Below are positions 60,615 through 64,000 of a stretch of 64,000 nt of DNA, one piece after another. The position numbers and the translations under genes were made by a program. Each line of letters starts with the position of its first letter. The stretch's first letter is position 1. A model generated the notes under the pieces. That model saw only the letters and a program-made list of their open reading frames with translations, searched no databases and had not been told where the DNA came from. Source of the DNA: Dehalococcoidia bacterium (GTDB lineage: Bacteria > Chloroflexota > Dehalococcoidia > Lucifugimonadales > UBA3495); contig CBDCTI010000010.1 of the NCBI GenBank assembly GCA_965222025.1, forward strand, positions 250,375-314,374, in the 5' to 3' direction.

Positions 60615-61054
60615 ACTAAAGAGAGGGTTGCTCCCCTCAATCGTCATTCCGGCCTTGAGCCGGAATCCAGGAATAGCCAAGGGAAAAGAATTTCCGCCGG
60701 ACCAGGTTCTGGATTTCGGCCCCGTCTTTCGCCGGAATGACGAGGTGTGGCCGGTCAACTCATCATTGCAACGCTGTTGAACTACCAGGACAGTACAAAG
60801 TCGGGAGGTGGATTGGACTGCCACGGTGTTGCTCGGACGCGCTGCTGGAACTTCTCCCACGAGCGCACCCGCCGCCGCTTTTCCTATTGCTGAAGACGGC
60901 GGGCGGTCAGTTGGCCGGAATGGAGACTTTAGACGGAGCCGACCACGGGCCGATCTTATTCCCTTCCCCATCGAAGGCCCGGACCGAGTAGAAGTAGGAC
61001 TGTCCGGCTTCCAAGTCGCCATCCTCATCCCGGTACTCGGCAGCGCCTTGCCAG

Positions 61055-64000
61055 CTACGTTCCAGTCTCCGTCGTCATCACCGCCACTACACTGTTATTG
61101 CCGTCGTAGGCGGTAATTTGGTATTCGTACCGGGAGTTACGCACTACATTGTCATCGTAGTAACGCGTTCCCCCGAAGCGCCCCGGCATCAACCGCCCGT
61201 TCTTCTGGATCCTATAACTCTCCGCCCCGTCAACATCGTCCCATGTTAATACGATCCGCCCTTGGACATAGATCGCTTCAGCTTGGTAAGAATTGTCCGC
61301 AGTCTCCTGCTCCCCTTCCTCCGCGGTTTCCGTGGTGTCGGGCGGCGGCGCAGTGCCGCCCGTGACCGCAGTGGCCGGCGCAGACCAAGGCCCCCAGCCT
61401 TCGGCGTTTCTCGCCCGCACCTGCACGTCATAGGACGTTCCGGCGGTGATGCTCTGTCCATTCCGGTTCACCAGGTTGTAGCCGGTGCGGATCCCCGCTT
61501 TCGTGGGCTTCACGTCGGCGTAGGCGGAATCTTCCTCAGAGGCCAGCTTGTATTGGATGCCGTAGCCGGCAATGGCGGAGGAACCCGCCGCCGGCGCCGT
61601 CCAGGTTATGCGGAAGGAAGTCTCCTTGACGTTGATTATCTCCGGCGTGTCTGGCTGGCCCGGCGGCGTGTCCGCCACGTTGGTTACCGTGATGGTCACC
61701 GAGACGCTGGCGGTCAACCCGCCGCCGTCGGTGGCCGTTACCGTCACCGAGTAGGAGTCCTTGGACTCGTAGTCCAGGGCGCCTTTGGTTTTGACTTGGC
61801 TGCTGCTGCTGTCGATGGCGAAGTGGCCGTCGTCGGCAGCGCTGCCCAGGGTGTAAGTCAGGCTGTCCCCGGCGTCGAGCTCGGTAGCGGTGATGGCGTC
61901 GCCAATGGCCGTGCCTACTGCCGTGTTCTCCGCCACACTCAGGCTTACGCTGCTGGCGGCGAAGGCCGGGGCTTCGTTCACGTTGGTTACCGTGATGGTT
62001 ACCGTGACGCTGGCGGTCAACTCGCCGCCGTCGGTGGCAGTTACCGTCACCGCGTAGGAGGTCTTGGACTCGTAGTCCAGGGCGCCCTGGGTCTTGAGCT
62101 GGCCCGTGCTGCTGTCGATGGCGAAGTGGCTGTCGTCGTCAGTGCTGCCCAGGGCGTAGGCCAGCGTGTCCCCGGCGTTCGAGTCGGTGGCGGTGATGGC
62201 CTTGCCGATGGCTGTGCCTGCCGCCGTGTTCTCCGCCACACTCAGGCTTATACTGCTGGCGGCGAAGGCCGGGGCGGTGTTAACCGGAGCCGGGGTTACG
62301 GTGGCCGCGATGGCCGGATTTGACCACTCGCTCCAGCCCTCAGAGTTCCTCGCCCGCACCCGCACCGCGTAGGAAGTCCCCGCTGTGATGGTTTGCCCGC
62401 TCCGGTTCACTACGTTGTAGCCGGTGACGGTTCCCGAAGGCGTGGGCTTCACGTCGGCGTAGGCCGAATCATCCTCCGAGGCCAGTTTGTATTGGATGCT
62501 GTAGCCGGCGATGGCGGAAGAGCCCGCCGCCGGAGCGGTCCAGGTCATGCGGAAGTATGTCTCCGCAACGTTGCTGATCGTTGGCGCGTCGGGCCGGCCC
62601 GGCGGCGTGTCCGCCACGTTGGTTACCGTGATGGTTACCGAGACGCTGGCGGTCAACTCGCCGCCGTCGGTGGCCGTTACCGTCACCGCGTAGGAGGTCT
62701 TGGACTCGTAGTCCAGGGCGCCCTGGGTCTTGAGCTGGCCGGTGCTGCTGTCGATGGCGAAGTGGCCGTCGTCGGCGGTGCTGCCCAGCGTGTAGGCGAG
62801 GGTGTCGCCGGTGTCCGGGTCGGTGGCGGTGTTGGCGTTGCCGATGTTCATGCCTGCTGCGGTGTTCTCGGCCACGCTCAGGCTAACGCTGGTGTCGGCG
62901 AAGGCCGGAGCCTGGTTTACCGGCGGGGCCGGAGTCTCAGCGCCATCCCCGCCGGCCGTGGTGGTCCACCGGGAGCGGCTCCCGTCGCCGAAGAATGACC
63001 GGACTCCGTAGAGGTAGTTTTGCCCCGGCAGCAGGTTGTTGCCGCTGTCCCGGTAGGCCAGTTGGCCGGACGTATCGTCGGCGTCCAGTTCGCCGTTGTC
63101 GCTTAATTTGCGCACGATGATCTGATACTGGGAGCCGTCGGTGTCCACCCGGCGGCGTATCCGGTAGTAGGTAGCGTCGTCGGCGCTCTCGTCGGCTGCC
63201 CAGCTCACCAGCATGGAGGCGTCGGGGGCCGCTACGGACCGGCCGGCCAGCCGTCGCACCGGCAGGTCCAGCGTGCCCGGCTGCGGACCGGCTGGTCCTT
63301 GCGGCGGGGCCACGCCCTGCACCACCGCTTGCGCCGAGCTGCTCTCCGGTTCCAGGTCCGCAATATTTATGGTTACCACGATGCTGTCGGTTAGGCTGCC
63401 GTCGGTGACCGTTATCGTTACCGTGTAGGTGTTGGCGCTTTCGTAATCCAGGGGACTGCGGGTCTGCAACTGGCCGCTGACCGTGACGATGCCGAAGTGC
63501 GCCTGGTCACCGGTGCTGTCCAGGGAGTAGGCCAGCACGTTGCCCCCGTAAGGGTCGGTGGCCGAAACGGGGAGGCCGATGTCGGCGCCGGAGGCGGTGT
63601 TCTCTCGCACCATGCGCTGGGTGGTGGGGCCATCCGTGAATACCGGCGCGCGGTTGACCCGCTGGCTGCCGAACTCGGCCACGGTGGCCGAGTTGTCGTT
63701 ATCGAAGTCCACTTTCAGGGCCGGGTACTGGATGGCCGTGCCGAAGTCCCACAGGTCGGCCTTGCCGGTGTCGCCGCTGTCGCCGGTAATGACGCTCAAG
63801 TCCACGTTCCAGACGGCGTAGATGCCGGTGTAGCCGGTGGGGGCCTGCAACTCGGCGGTGGTGTGACCCGTGCCCACCGGGCTGCTGGTCTGGCGGGATA
63901 CGGTGGTGTCCCAATAGCTGTCGGTGGCCGTGGCGTCGGCGCCGTTCATGCCCACCAGCCCGCCGGCCTGGGGGTCGTCCTCCACCCCGCTGGCCAGGCT
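61055..64000 (-). CDS. giant surface protein with cadherin-like and fibronectin type III repeats (partial; extends beyond the window)
   Basis: More than 976 aa. There are at least four cadherin-like modules (AP.F....S.SV.EN...G..IG...ATD.D.GD.L.Y.L.......F.ID..TGQL.T...LDYE......V.VTATDGG). They alternate with FN3 modules (P..P....V....F...W..P....S.I.GY.IQY...). No start codon context lies within the window. Confidence 0.8.
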   Translation of the reverse strand, partial: SLASGVEDDPQAGGLVGMNGADATATDSYWDTTVSRQTSSPVGTGHTTAELQAPTGYTGIYAVWNVDLSVITGDSGDTGKADLWDFGTAIQYPALKVDFDNDNSATVAEFGSQRVNRAPVFTDGPTTQRMVRENTASGADIGLPVSATDPYGGNVLAYSLDSTGDQAHFGIVTVSGQLQTRSPLDYESANTYTVTITVTDGSLTDSIVVTINIADLEPESSSAQAVVQGVAPPQGPAGPQPGTLDLPVRRLAGRSVAAPDASMLVSWAADESADDATYYRIRRRVDTDGSQYQIIVRKLSDNGELDADDTSGQLAYRDSGNNLLPGQNYLYGVRSFFGDGSRSRWTTTAGGDGAETPAPPVNQAPAFADTSVSLSVAENTAAGMNIGNANTATDPDTGDTLAYTLGSTADDGHFAIDSSTGQLKTQGALDYESKTSYAVTVTATDGGELTASVSVTITVTNVADTPPGRPDAPTISNVAETYFRMTWTAPAAGSSAIAGYSIQYKLASEDDSAYADVKPTPSGTVTGYNVVNRSGQTITAGTSYAVRVRARNSEGWSEWSNPAIAATVTPAPVNTAPAFAASSISLSVAENTAAGTAIGKAITATDSNAGDTLAYALGSTDDDSHFAIDSSTGQLKTQGALDYESKTSYAVTVTATDGGELTASVTVTITVTNVNEAPAFAASSVSLSVAENTAVGTAIGDAITATELDAGDSLTYTLGSAADDGHFAIDSSSSQVKTKGALDYESKDSYSVTVTATDGGGLTASVSVTITVTNVADTPPGQPDTPEIINVKETSFRITWTAPAAGSSAIAGYGIQYKLASEEDSAYADVKPTKAGIRTGYNLVNRNGQSITAGTSYDVQVRARNAEGWGPWSAPATAVTGGTAPPPDTTETAEEGEQETADNSYQAEAIYVQGRIVLTWDDVDGAESYRIQKNGRLMPGRFGGTRYYDDNVVRNSRYEYQITAYDGNNSVVAVMTTETGT
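61560..62700. repeat. near-identical intragenic repeats (939-bp offset) inside the cadherin/FN3 gene
   Basis: Antisense shadow ORFs 61572-61754 and 62511-62693 translate almost identically. On the sense strand, DYESKTSYAVTVTATDGGELTASV.VTITVTNV occurs twice. Confidence 0.8.

Noticed and set aside
60440-60745. Possible CRISPR array (repeated 20-24-bp palindromic units)
   Set aside because: There are only four units. They occur as inverted pairs with irregular spacing, and no cas genes are present. They fit MITE/REP-like hairpin modules instead.
60558-61028. 156-aa minus-strand ORF
   Set aside because: Most of it is the translation of the ATTCCGGC/GCCGGAAT hairpin repeats and IS-end debris (…RHSGRK…FRLKAGMT…). 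It is a known artefact of such repeats.

Overview
High-GC (by eye >60% GC) bacterial chromosomal window in four parts. (1) 1-17.5 kb is a core block. It holds a PPOX-like protein, a Zn-ADH, ybeY-dnaX-ybaB-recR-recO and a biotin carboxylase/BCCP pair. It also holds a catabolic cluster: two tandem GMC oxidoreductases, a MetE-like protein, a double-hotdog dehydratase and two family III CoA-transferases. The gene content resembles Chloroflexota/SAR202-type genomes, but that is only a guess. (2) 17.8-42.9 kb is extremely IS-dense. It carries at least 11 IS copies or fragments from about 6 families (two IS630 subtypes, ISNCY-like, two IS5 subtypes, IS1380, IS1182), many nested at CTAG. Between them sit cargo genes: an SDMT-like methyltransferase, an MMPL transporter with a NarL-type response regulator, an amidohydrolase with a DUF59 protein, and integrase debris. 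(3) 42.9-51.4 kb looks like a defence island. It has a DUF499-type ATPase whose 5' end was cut off by an IS1380 copy, and an HsdR-N-like protein. It also has an AT-rich 3.4-kb islet with a metallophosphoesterase-P-loop NTPase fusion interrupted by one in-frame TAA. (4) 51.7-58.7 kb holds a tRNA(CAT) abutted by a large serine recombinase and an RHH gene. These are followed by a regulator-only module: a protein with four tandem XRE-HTH units and a paralogous single HTH. The module also has palindromic/iterated DNA motifs and a 1.3-kb ORF-poor, internally duplicated region ending in an intrinsic terminator. The window ends with an intact IS5, an IS5-type MITE, and a partial giant cadherin/FN3 repeat protein. 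The best candidates for something new are the phosphoesterase-NTPase gene, the HTH-array/operator/noncoding module beside the serine recombinase, and the orphan DUF499 remnant. All functional calls come from reading motifs by eye. No database search was run.
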